In this document: positions 26,950 through 39,365 of the stretch, in pieces
How positions within the stretch are numbered: the stretch's first letter is position 1
How the letters are laid out: the number at the start of each line of letters is the position of its first letter
Origin: Octopus sinensis
Lineage: Eukaryota
Assembly: GCF_006345805.1 (NCBI RefSeq)
Contig: NW_021834841.1
Location: 1 to 50,962 of the forward strand
Direction: 5' to 3'
DNA: 50,962 nucleotides
Made by a program: the position numbers and the translations under genes
The notes under the pieces: generated by a model
Database searches by the model: none
Told to the model about the DNA's origin: nothing
The model's input: only the letters and a program-made list of their open reading frames with translations

Positions 26950-27259
26950 AATTATAATTTAGGGTATCTAAGAGATACCACCACGCCAGAAATAGCAGCC
27001 AAAACTTGACTCTGAAACCACATTAAATGTTCATACAGTACCAGGAGAGAAGACAAAGAGACAAAATAAACTAGCAAAAAAATTACTGGATAATTCCAGA
27101 TCCCGGATTTCTGGCTCTGCATAAGAAACGCTTTGCCATCATCGGAGCCAGAAATCCGATATCTGTGGTGCTGTATGAATATTTAATGTGGTTTTAGAGT
27201 CAAGTTTTGGCTGCTATTTCTGGCGTGGTGGTATCTCTTAGATACCCTAAATTATAATT
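26950..27259. repeat. Inverted repeat (94-bp arms, 3 mismatches) with nested 14-bp hairpin; probable Penelope-like remnant
   Basis: 26950-27043 vs 27166-27259; inner cggatttctggctc / gagccagaaatccg; abuts (TA)n. Confidence 0.9.
27092..27145 (-). ncRNA. Degenerate hammerhead-like core in the palindrome spacer
   Basis: Minus strand CCGATGA-TGGC...GCCA-GAAA-TCCGGGA-TC/TGGAATT; near-palindromic ATCCGGGAT stem III; stem I 5' strand missing. Confidence 0.4.
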
Positions 27260-27779
27260 ATATATATATAGCCATGAACTAGCTTCATTGCGTGAAGGGT
27301 CTAGAGATGCGTGCCAGAACCCTTGTGAATCTCAAGATATAAGCCCTCTATACAAATACATATAGCAGAATACAGAATCATTTGGAATTGAATTTTGAAA
27401 AAAATGTAAAACTCTTTCATATTAATGTAAATTTTCGATAATGTCTCTCTCCTAACTTTCGCATATATATACATATATTCATACATCCATAAATATACAT
27501 ATATGTGGGTGTTGCATTAGGGTGTGTATGTATACGTAAATATAAAGATACGTCACTAAAAGGTGTTTGGAGCTGCATAATTTAATAAAGATATCGACGA
27601 GCTGGATAAACCAAAATACCAAATTTTATATATTTTATTTCAAATTATATGACTCGAAACTTTTTTATTAATTAGTTAATCTGCATATTATACAAAGTAA
27701 TGTGTGAGAGAGAGAGAGAGAAAGACAGAGAGGTGTGCGCGCTCGGGCTCGTGTGTGCCTGCACGCGCGTATATTATGT

Positions 27780-28034
27780 ATGTACATACATACATTATAT
27801 ACATACATCTATTATACATACATACATACATACATACATGCATGCATACATACAGACATACATACATACATACATACATTCATACATATATACATACATG
27901 CATACATACATACATACATACATACATACATACATTCATACATATATACATACATACATTCATACATACATACATACATGCATACATACATACATACATA
28001 CATACATACATACATACATACATACATACATACA

Positions 28035-28068
<34 letters not shown>

Positions 28069-28135
28069 CATACATGCATACATACATAGATACATACATG
28101 CATGCATACGTACATACATACATACATACAAACAC
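27780..28135. repeat. (CATA)n microsatellite
   Basis: Direct reading. Confidence 0.95.
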
Positions 28136-28377
28136 AAACAATTTGAGCGAATTCAAATGACAGAAGATACGAAGAGCTCTTGCATGACACCAGATGGTCC
28201 CTGTTGGCCCTTGAAAGGCTCTGATGGAACCTGATGGCATGCATTGATATCTGATAATACCGTGTGATATTTAATGATACTAGATTACACCAGGTGACCG
28301 TCTATGTATGTTTATTATTATTTTTATCACTACCACCACCGACGTCACCAATTCTGCTACTACAATACTACTACTAC

Positions 28378-28415
<38 letters not shown>

Positions 28416-28417
28416 TA

Positions 28418-28521
<104 letters not shown>

Positions 28522-28522
28522 T

Positions 28523-28636
28523 TTGTAAATGAACAATCTGATGTATTCTAGTGGCCTACCAATGTATATAGTGAGTTTCTTTGACCTAAGTGTCGGGGAG
28601 ACACTAAGCAAGAAATGGAAACAAAATCGAAAGAGG
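28523..28636 (+). mobile_element. Dong-like LINE 3'-UTR-only copy between (TAA)n tracts
   Basis: aaatgaac...ggcctaccaatgtata...tttctttgacctaagtgtcggggagacactaagcaagaaatgg, homologous to 18795-18917. Confidence 0.8.
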
Positions 28637-28642
28637 ATGATG

Positions 28643-28712
<70 letters not shown>

Positions 28713-28758
28713 CGATGATGATGATGATGATAATAATAATAATAATAATATAATAATA

Positions 28759-28798
<40 letters not shown>

Positions 28799-29520
28799 CC
28801 TTTCTTTATTGGCCATAAGGGCCGAACAGAAAAACATACAAAAACAATACAAAAAAAAACAAGGAACAAGTGGGATTTTTTAAAAAAGCAGAAAACATAT
28901 AAACAACAAAAACAAAAAACAGTTAACAACAACAACATTAAAACAAGAAAATTCCCTAATAGTGGAGAGTTCCACCCAGAGCCAACCAGACACCCCACAC
29001 ATTCTGCCCGACTGGCAAGGGCACGCCAGTTAGGTAGCCTTCTTCCCCCTCAACTGCTCCGACTTAGAGACGAATATTCAGAGTAGGCCCAACACTCGAG
29101 CCATTTTCGCAACATTCACCCACCTTTTAACGAACTTACGGGGAGCAGTACTTCCCTCTCTACCCTCACTTTCCTTTTCGAGTGAAACTTGAAAAAGTCG
29201 ATGAGGGATCTGCCGAAGAAGAAAGTGTCTGTCTTCAGTCCTTTCAGTTTCATCCGCCACACTACCTCTTTCGCTATAGCCACCAGGCAGAGGAAAACTA
29301 CCTTTCCTTCCCTGTCAAAGAAAGGCGGCAGGGCGATCCTCACAATCGACTCGGCTGATAACATGACCCGTCCTACACGTAACAACAGCTGTTCGACAAA
29401 GCTACACAGGACAATAATGCACGGACACTGAAATATTAAGCCATAAAATTTCCCGAAAGAGGTTCAAGCTCTAGGCAGAGGCAACCACGGAACCCCTACA
29501 TCCTGGATACCCTGGTCTCC
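28799..29520 (-). mobile_element. Tx1/L1-clade LINE 3' end (ORF2 C-terminus + 3' UTR + AATAAA, ending in (ATT)n)
   Basis: QCP...FVEQLLLRVGRVMLSAESIV...FLCLVAIAKEVVW...FVKRWVNVAKM resembles Tx1/L1 C-termini. Confidence 0.7.
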
Positions 29521-29539
29521 AAGGGTATCTCAGGCAGGC

Positions 29540-29589
<50 letters not shown>

Positions 29590-29649
29590 TTATCTCTCTC
29601 TTTCTCTCTCCCTCTCTCTCCCCCTCTCTCTCTTTTCCACTCCCTCAAG

Positions 29650-29918
29650 CCTACAGAAGCATGTTCTGAGTAGACCAGGAAAACTGCCTGCTGTTCCCAG
29701 TCAAAATGGACTCAGTCGATAGCCGGATCCGCCCTACTTGTAACCACAGCTGATCGACAAAGCTCCACAAATCAGAAATTCCAGGACACTGAATGAGTGC
29801 ATGAAGAACGATTTCTTCGCTTTGCGGGCATCTCTGATAGGACCGTCTGATAGCATTCCATGGCTGTAGAGTTTGTCTCGAACCGGCATAGCTACCATCC
29901 CCAGTAGCCCTGCCAGAC
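29650..29918 (-). mobile_element. Second, diverged Tx1/L1 fragment (CCHC zinc-knuckle region)
   Basis: RCPQSEEIVLHALIQCPGISDLWSFVDQLWLQVGRIRLSTESI; overlaps the same protein region as the previous copy. Confidence 0.7.
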
Positions 29919-29934
29919 CAGGGATTAATAATAT

Positions 29935-30011
<77 letters not shown>

Positions 30012-30012
<1 letters not shown>

Positions 30013-30561
30013 TGAGTGAGAGAGCAGTGCATGCCATCAAAGTGACACTGGGGTAAAATATACGAAGCCCAGTATACCCATCATGACTACCCGTCTGATA
30101 AGGGTACACCAGGCACATGCATCACAACCATATGTGCGCGACATGGTGATCTCATATCAAGATAAACAGCACATGACCTTGCAGGTGGGGCCCAGTTAGA
30201 ATTTTCTTCTGGTAGAGTAACCCATCCCGCTCAAAAGGTCCTTGAATAAGGATTGTTTAAGGATGTTGAACGAATCACCCACGTTTCCAGAGGTGAATTA
30301 TCCAAACCCTAAAGAATCCCTCTCAACACATGGCTATGATGCTCCCCCACTACTTCTGCTCGTGATCAGAGATGCACATATCGTCAGCCACTAAGGGACA
30401 TGTTCAACTGGTTAAGGTCAAACAACTGATAAGCAAATCTGTAGTATTGAGCAAAATATTTGCTGTAGCCCATCTTTTAAACCAAGACAAAACAATGTAC
30501 ATGATAACACTTCCAATCAGTTAAGATCAGAAGCCATGAGAGCCACTGCTGGGACTGCATC
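30012..30561 (-). mobile_element. ~550-bp non-coding interspersed element embedded in (TAA)/(TGA) repeats
   Basis: Complex, ORF-free sequence with sharp boundaries at trinucleotide tracts; no tRNA boxes; resembles an abundant octopus repeat as I recall it. Strand inferred from TAA tail. Confidence 0.5.
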
Positions 30562-30562
30562 A

Positions 30563-30593
<31 letters not shown>

Positions 30594-30619
30594 TAACATC
30601 ATCATCATCATCATCATCA

Positions 30620-30665
<46 letters not shown>

Positions 30666-30668
30666 TAA

Positions 30669-30752
<84 letters not shown>

Positions 30753-30929
30753 TATTATTATTATTATTATTATTACTATTAACATCATCATCATCATCAT
30801 CATCATCATTATTATTATTATTATCATCATCATCATCATCATCATCATTATTATTATTAATATTATTATTAATATTATTATTATTATTATCATTATTATT
30901 ATTATTATTATTACTATTAACATCATCAT

Positions 30930-30994
<65 letters not shown>

Positions 30995-31017
30995 AATCAT
31001 CATCATCATCATCATCA

Positions 31018-31048
<31 letters not shown>

Positions 31049-31072
31049 CATCATCATCATCATCATCATCAT

Positions 31073-31164
<92 letters not shown>

Positions 31165-31220
31165 TATCATCATCATCATCATCACATCATCATCATCATC
31201 ATTATTATTATTATTATTGT
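30562..31220. repeat. Compound (ATT)n/(ATC)n microsatellite with recurring actattaac junction
   Basis: Direct reading. Confidence 0.95.
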
Positions 31221-32061
31221 GTTATTGTAGTTCTGCTGCTGGCATTTAAGAAAATGGTGGCAAAAATTATGACAGGCATTCATTTCCGTTTCTCAACTTT
31301 TTGGATTCAAATAGCGTTAAAATCCAACTCTGGATCTTTCTCATTTGGCATCGATAAAATTTGTGCCAATCATTTTTCTGAATTCGATTGAACCTTAATC
31401 CTCCCTTTCTTCCACAAGTCGGTGGCCTTTCACTCACTTATTTTCCTCATCGCGATGATCCACATACCCTTGTGTGTTAATTCTACTTACCGCTAAACAC
31501 ATGAGAAGCAAAAGTTCACCTGGATAGGACACATTTCTACAAAATGAAAAGAGTTGAATTTCAGCTCTGAAAGTTTACAAAGATGGCACTGTAATAACAG
31601 TATTAGCTTGAAACTAGAAAATATCCAGACACTACAGTAATCATTTGCATTGAGGGAAAATAAACCAGACCTGTTTCAGAGCTAACTCCTGCTACGACCA
31701 GTTTCCTTTTGATCCACCCTAATCTGCTTTGATCGAACATCTAAACTAAGTTCTCCCCCATTTCTAGCCAAAGTTAACCAAAGCCCCGAATTTTGTTGTA
31801 ACCTAAATGTGTCTCAGAAAGGAGTTTCTTGAAGATTTTTATCAACTTTAATCTGAAGAAAATCTATGTCATGTTGCGCGATGACGTCTTTCATGTCAGG
31901 AAATGATAAATAATGCCTGCCTCCTGCCTTACTTGTAGGTGGCATATGGACATGGCATGCATGTACACACACACACATACACACACACATGGACATATGG
32001 ACATATGCAGAAATATGTCTATCTAAATACATGTATATATGCTCATATATACATACATGCA

Positions 32062-32117
<56 letters not shown>

Positions 32118-32506
32118 TGTATGTATGTAGTGTAATATGTGGACTCATAGAATCGTGTGGATTTCACAGAAAGCTCCTCTAACGGACTTGGCTAACACAC
32201 AACATAGTGATCCAATACATGAATATATGCATAAATGTATCAATTTCTTATACACATTAATATATTGGTACTTACATCCAAACATTTCTATATATATACT
32301 TATGTGTATATATGTATATAAGCATGATTAAATACGTATGTTTGTTTGTGTACGTGTATGCCTGTCGTGTGTAAACGTGTGTATTTGTGTACGTCTAGTT
32401 GGCCGAAAATTCGAAATTGCTGTCAATACTATTCTTTTTATGGAATAATCTATTTTTACTCTACAAAAGTATGGAGTAACCCTTCAGATTAATGTAAAAT
32501 TGTTTT

Positions 32507-33071
32507 TATCAGGTCACCCATAAGTTCTGTCCGATTTTACCGTTTTTAAAATTGAATGAGATTTCATAGAATTTTAGAATGTCTAATGGAATTAAAAATT
32601 ATTTTTATGCATTTGTGTACATTTAAACTAATTAAATATTATTTTACAGAATAATAGAATAAAAATTTCTTTGATTAAAACCCTTTCTGACATGGAAGTA
32701 TCCAAAGAGCATTTGAGTGAGGTTTCATCAGGACAATGTACGACCCCACACTGCAAAGATCACATCACAGAAGATCGAAGAGCTTGTTTGGGAAAAAATT
32801 CCTCATCCACCTTATTCTCCCGACCTTGCTCCTTCAGACTACCATTTGGGGGACATAACTTTCGCAAGCCAAGAGGTTAAAACTGACATTTCTTCGCTTT
32901 GAAACCAAAAGAGTTTTACATTGATGGGATTAAAGAGCTAGTAAGTAGATGAAAGGAAGCCATAGATAATCAGGGAAAGTACATTGATGATTAAATTTCA
33001 ATTAAATATAACATTTGATCACTTATTTTCTTTTTTCAAAATTCGGACAGAACTTATGGGATGACCTGATA
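32507..33071 (+). mobile_element. Non-autonomous mariner deletion derivative with both TIRs
   Basis: TA-TCAGGTCACCCATAAGTTCTGTCCGATTTT ... AAAATTCGGACAGAACTTATGGGATGACCTGA-TA; internal HQDNVRPHTA...HPPYSPDLAPSDYHL. Confidence 0.92.
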
Positions 33072-33140
33072 TTAAAAGTGAACATAAAAACATTAATATA
33101 TATATATAAAGATATGTACATATAAATATATATATACATA

Positions 33141-33181
<41 letters not shown>

Positions 33182-33620
33182 TATATATATAGCAGCAAAA
33201 TTAGTATTAATTCCGTAAACCAGGAGAAAATTAAAAAAAACAATTTTGCTGTTTAATTTTGCTGTTGAATTTATTAATAGTCTCTGACTATTTCCTTTTT
33301 CCCACTAGACCGCTGGTGGCAAATAATTTCTGAATTTTTTGCTACCCTATATTGATTAATATATATATATATATATATATATGCATGTTGCCACACACAA
33401 CACATACACAGACATACAGACTCAGTCATCACACGTACAGAGATTTATTATCTTGTGAGAAAAATGTAGATTTATGTGTGGCAGCTAACCTTTCAGCCTT
33501 CAAATAAGGCTTACGATTCTCAAACATTGCTTGTAATCGTGGATATAGACATGCAGAGGCAAACGCAGAGAATTTAAAATGTACTGGTATTTCTCCCTCT
33601 GTGTGTGTGGGGGTGGGTGC

Positions 33621-33667
<47 letters not shown>

Positions 33668-33719
33668 GTGTGTGTGTGTGTGTGTGGTGTGATGGATTCT
33701 CCCATCGGTTTTGACGTAT

Positions 33720-34385
33720 GAGGATCTGACAACCTACTTTTTTCTTTGTCAGTCAAAATGCTTATGTCGAATGTGAAATTTTGGTGTTGCAAACAATTTA
33801 CAAAGAAGCCCACATTTGCAGCCACTTTTCCCCTTTGCTTTGCACCCTTAAGCCTGTCAATGGTGGTTGCAAAATTTCTGATACCATTTTGACACGTCGA
33901 TCTCCATTTTGCTCGCTCCAAAGCTGTTTGCTCAAAACTGTTGCGAACTCTATTGACTGCTGGGAAGTTACTCTTCAGCTTGTCCTCAAATCTGTGCCAT
34001 GGTCGACCAACATTCCTGAGCCCACTATCAATCTGGCTGTGCATGAGAACTTTGGGTATTCTTTCGTCACTCATTCTGACGACATAGCTAGCTCAGCGCA
34101 ATTGCGACTACACAAGGAAGCTCTTGATTCCATCAACCTTACATTTGCTAAACAGGTCAGCATTAGAATCTCTGTTATAACTGAAAATTGTTCTGAGACA
34201 GCCTTGTGGAAGATGTCTAGTTGGTTACTTATCCACGATTCTAAGTCAGCCCTATAGACCTGTACTTTGGTGTCAAGTTTGATGTCCCTTTCATGCCACA
34301 GGCGATGACCGAGTTTGCCAAACGCGTTGGTTGCTTTTACAAGGCAGTTGAGGATTTTATCATCAAGTGAAGCTTTACGACCAAG
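33720..34385 (-). mobile_element. RTE-clade LINE RT C-terminal fragment
   Basis: YLG...SLDDKILNCLVKATNAFGKL...TKVQVYRA and RIPKVLMHSQ...GRPWHRFEDKLK...ALERAKWR are RTE-type motifs. Confidence 0.85.
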
Positions 34386-34544
34386 ATACACACATACACA
34401 CACATATACACACGTGTGTGTATGTGTGTGTTTGTACACATATATGCATACATATGTGCATTTGTATGTACGTATCATGTAGGTATGTAAGTATTTATGT
34501 ATATATGTTTGTAAGATTAATGGAATGACAAGGACCGGAAATTA

Positions 34545-34640
34545 CGTAGTTAACTTCGTTAGCTTAGTTGTTTCTGCTATAAGGAACAATGCGCTCAATG
34601 CTGTAGGCTTGTGCATCACTTCAATACTTCCTCAGAGCCG
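34545..34640 (-). ncRNA. Degenerate hammerhead-like motif, same family as 14247-14327
   Basis: GGCT-CTGAGGA-AG...CTTATAGC-A-GAAAC-AACT..AAGCTA; aligns to the 14.3 kb arm over ~60 bp. Confidence 0.45.
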
Positions 34641-35031
34641 TTGAAATAAAGTTTATATTTATTAGGAAAATCATTTAAACACATGAAAAAAGATCAGAAT
34701 CGAAAAGATAAAAATATATAAGAAATCGTAGAGTTTGAGGGACAGAAGTCACTCTCATATGCAGATTTGTACGTAAAAAAAATGTAGATTTAAATCATGA
34801 TAGATATATACATACAGACGAATACTGAATCTATATATAATTAACGATTCATTCGCAAGCAGAATTATACAGGGAAAATCTATGTTAAAATATATTTCTA
34901 GTGTCTCCATAGATACTTTCTATTTGGGTTCTAACGGTCAGCCAATATATACCTGTTTAAATATGCATCAACAGGTGTCTTCTTGTGACCGAAACAAGTA
35001 AAAGATGAAAAGGGTAAAAGAATATTTATTC

Positions 35032-35062
<31 letters not shown>

Positions 35063-35210
35063 TAAATTTCTGACCGTTAGACGATATACCACAATCCCCT
35101 ATTTTGTCGGGTTTGTTCTGAGTCTGCGCAGTGTTTTGAATAGTTTAGAAAGAGCATTTCGATAGACGCACATGGGTCTATTGATATGGTCTTCCCATCA
35201 TTAACAGGAA

Positions 35211-35283
35211 TCTTACTGAAGAGCCAGCCTGAGTAAATAAATACTATTTTTATTACTGAATTTGGCGAAACTGCAGTATAAGA
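35211..35283 (+). ncRNA. Type I minimal hammerhead ribozyme, copy 1 (predicted cleavage 3' of A35278)
   Basis: Stem I TCTTA(35211-15):TAAGA(35279-83); CTGAAGA(35216-22); stem II GCCA:TGGC; GAAA(35267-70); C-TGCA-G; GTA triplet. All conserved core positions are present. Confidence 0.88.
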
Positions 35284-35611
35284 AAAGTTAAGTTTGTAAA
35301 AGTTTTTATTTTCATCTCACTAAATTTATCCAGCTATTGTGTATCTAGTGCACTCTTCGCCTTGAATGTAATGATATATGTATAATATATGGCGTGTACT
35401 GGTACACCGGCGATTATAATTAATTTTATTGTATCGCATTTATCTTTGTTTACATATTCTCTCGATAAATTTCTGACCGTTAGAATATACCACAATCCCC
35501 TATTTTGTCGGGTTTGTTCTGAGTCTGCGCAGTGTTTTGAATAGTTTAGAAAGAGCATTTCGATAGACGCACATGGGTCTATTGATATGGTCTTCCCATC
35601 ATTAACAGGAA

Positions 35612-35684
35612 TCTTACTGAAGAGCCAGCCTGAGTAAATAAATACTATTTTTATTACTGAATTTGGCGAAACTGCAGTATAAGA
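35612..35684 (+). ncRNA. Type I minimal hammerhead ribozyme, copy 2 (predicted cleavage 3' of A35679)
   Basis: Identical to copy 1, 401 nt downstream. Confidence 0.88.
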
Positions 35685-35887
35685 AAAGTTAAGTTTGTAA
35701 AAGTTTTTAATTTTCATCTCACTAAATTTATCCAGCTATTGTGTATCTAGTGCACTCTTCGCCTTGAATGTAATGATATATGTATAATATATGGCGTGTA
35801 CTTGTACACCGGCGATTATAATTAATTTTATTGTATCGCATTTATCTTTGTATACATATATGTATATATATATATATGTATATATAC

Positions 35888-36081
35888 TCTTTTACTTGTT
35901 TCAACCATTTGACTGTGGCCATGTTGGAGCACCGCCTTTAGTCGAACAAATCGACCCCAGGACTTATTCTTTGTAAGCCTAGGACTTATTCTATCGGTCT
36001 CTTTGGCCGAACCGCTATATTACGTAAACACACCAGCATCGGTTGTCAAGCGATGTTGGGGGAACAAACACAGACATACAA

Positions 36082-36117
<36 letters not shown>

Positions 36118-36296
36118 GTATATATATATATATATATACGGCGGGCTTCTTTCAGTTTCCGTCTACCAAATCCACTCACAACGCTTTGGTCGGCTCGAGG
36201 CTATGATAGAAGACATTTGCCCAGGTTGGTACGCAGTGGTACTGAATACAGAACCATGTGGTTGGTAAGCAAGCTACTTACCACACAGCCACTCCT
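35888..36296 (-). mobile_element. SINE family A, full length
   Basis: Head (gagtggctgtgtggtaag...ggttc), CORE-like ctgggcaaatgtcttct, internal microsatellite, tail ggcggtgctccaacatggccacagtc...gaaacaagtaaaagag. Confidence 0.92.
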
Positions 36297-36310
36297 ATTC
36301 CTATATATAA

Positions 36311-36346
<36 letters not shown>

Positions 36347-36423
36347 TACACGTTGATCTTAGCCAAAAGGCCGTGGAACATAAATTATATATGTGCATAT
36401 AAAAGCAATGTGTATAAACAAAC

Positions 36424-36518
<95 letters not shown>

Positions 36519-36635
36519 ATATATATATATATATATGAGCACACATTTTATATAAATAACATATATAGATACAAATACATATATATTTATACAACTGCGG
36601 ACACATGCACGCACACTCACACACATACACGCACA

Positions 36636-36691
<56 letters not shown>

Positions 36692-37153
36692 AATAAAGAC
36701 AAACAATTGAATTGCTCCTTGCTGTGTTATGTGCTTCAGTCTGTAGGTGGCCATTCAAATTAAAGGTGGTAACGTCTGTGTTTTATATCCCATGACCGAG
36801 AACTGGTGGCGTTCAGATTGTGTGACCAACACACTTAATGATAGTTCAGTCCAACAAACCGTGAAGGACCAGCTTGGAAGAGACAGAGACATGGGGTGTT
36901 TGTATGTGATCAGTGACTGGGTGGAATCTACCTTAATTAATTGTCGCGAGAGGAAAACCCATTTCTCTCCTCCACTCCCTTAATTTGTGATAAACCCGAG
37001 CAAATCCACCGCACTTATGAACTTTGACCTTCGCGTTTTGAAGCACTAATACTATTTACCATGCTCTATGCTACTTGTTGTTAGCAAGGATTAAATAACA
37101 AGGCAACACGCTAACGACACTCACACCACCAACAACAACAATTAATACTGATG

Positions 37154-37213
<60 letters not shown>

Positions 37214-37214
<1 letters not shown>

Positions 37215-37480
37215 TAAAAGTTGTTTTTGTTGTCCTCGGAGCATGGGGTTCAATACCACCGAACTTGAAGAAACATCTGGACATTTTAGAAATATCCTAC
37301 AGTCTTGATGTGTTGCAAAAATCGGCTTCACTTGGAACTGCAAACATACACATAAAGTACTGACTGTCTGAGGTATTTGTTGTGACTTGACAGACATTTC
37401 AAACCCCGTTACACACAATATCTTCAATATCTTCAATCGTCATCATGATATTGTGTGACGCCTTCGATAATAACGACAAA
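37214..37480 (+). mobile_element. Dong-like LINE 3' end, second subfamily
   Basis: KVVFVVLGAWGSIPPNLKKHLDIL...LQKSASLGTANI after (TAA)n. Confidence 0.75.
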
Positions 37481-37499
37481 ATAATAATAATAATAATAA

Positions 37500-38069
<570 letters not shown>

Positions 38070-38109
38070 TAATAATAATGATGATGATAATGATGATGAT
38101 GATGATGGG

Positions 38110-38150
<41 letters not shown>

Positions 38151-38721
38151 TTCATCGTCCTGAAGCAAGTGTCTCTGGTTTAATAAACAACAAGTAACGA
38201 GGACAAAATGCAGAAAAACTTAAGGTTTGTGTTACAAAAATATATGCAAAGTGTCTCAGTTCGTTTTTTAAAACAAAAATTAATTATTATAAGTTAATAT
38301 ATCTGTCAATTAATCTTTCACTTTTTATATACTAATTGTCTTTCTTTTTTTTTTTCTTATATGATATTTTTTCCAATTATAATTTACAACATTCTGTAAA
38401 TTATATTCTTAATTAAAAATTCCATTTTCAGTTTGCATGTATTTATATGTATCTATGTATGTATGTATGTATGTATGTATGCATGCATACACGTACGTAC
38501 GTATGTATGTATGTACATAGAGTATGTATGCATGCAAGTATGTGTGTGTATATATATATGTATATATATATATATATATACATACATATACATAGAGAGA
38601 GAGATAGATAGATATAGTTATGTATATATAACTACATATATGCATATATAAGCATACATATATATATACATATACATGTATATACATTTATTTATATATA
38701 TATAAGTATATATGCATATAC

Positions 38722-38754
<33 letters not shown>

Positions 38755-38854
38755 CATACATGAATATATATATAAACATACTTGCATATATATATATATA
38801 TATATATGCATATAGGTAGATAGATAGATAGATAGATATATAGATAGAAGATAG

Positions 38855-38930
<76 letters not shown>

Positions 38931-39068
38931 GTGTTTCCATGATAAACAATTTTTCTCTTTAAATTTTGTTTAAACTATATAAATATAAATACATATGTCC
39001 GCTTACAAATATTTATACTTACCTGTGGGTGTGTATATACGTGTGCGTGTGTAAACATACATGTATAT

Positions 39069-39099
<31 letters not shown>

Positions 39100-39186
39100 C
39101 ATACATACATATATCGATATATGTGTATATATATATATATATATATTATATACATATATAGATATATGTATATATATATGTATGTT

Positions 39187-39217
<31 letters not shown>

Positions 39218-39334
39218 AACATGCATATATACACATACATATATATATGTGTGGTGGTGGTATATATATATCGTATAGTTATGTGAGTGTCCATGAACAT
39301 GAGCGTGGGTATGCGTGCGTGGGTGTGTATACAC

Positions 39335-39365
<31 letters not shown>

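Larger units (their letters stand above)
35062..35858 (+). mobile_element. Tandem ~401-bp hammerhead-containing unit x2 (retrozyme / Penelope pLTR-like) in (TA)n
   Basis: 35062-35464 and 35465-35858 differ by about 4 events by eye; (TA)n on both flanks; one ribozyme per unit. Confidence 0.85.

Noticed and set aside
35334-35717. 127-aa minus-strand ORF across the tandem junction
   Set aside because: No recognisable motif; antisense to the ribozyme; spans the unit junction and is not preserved as such in the second unit.
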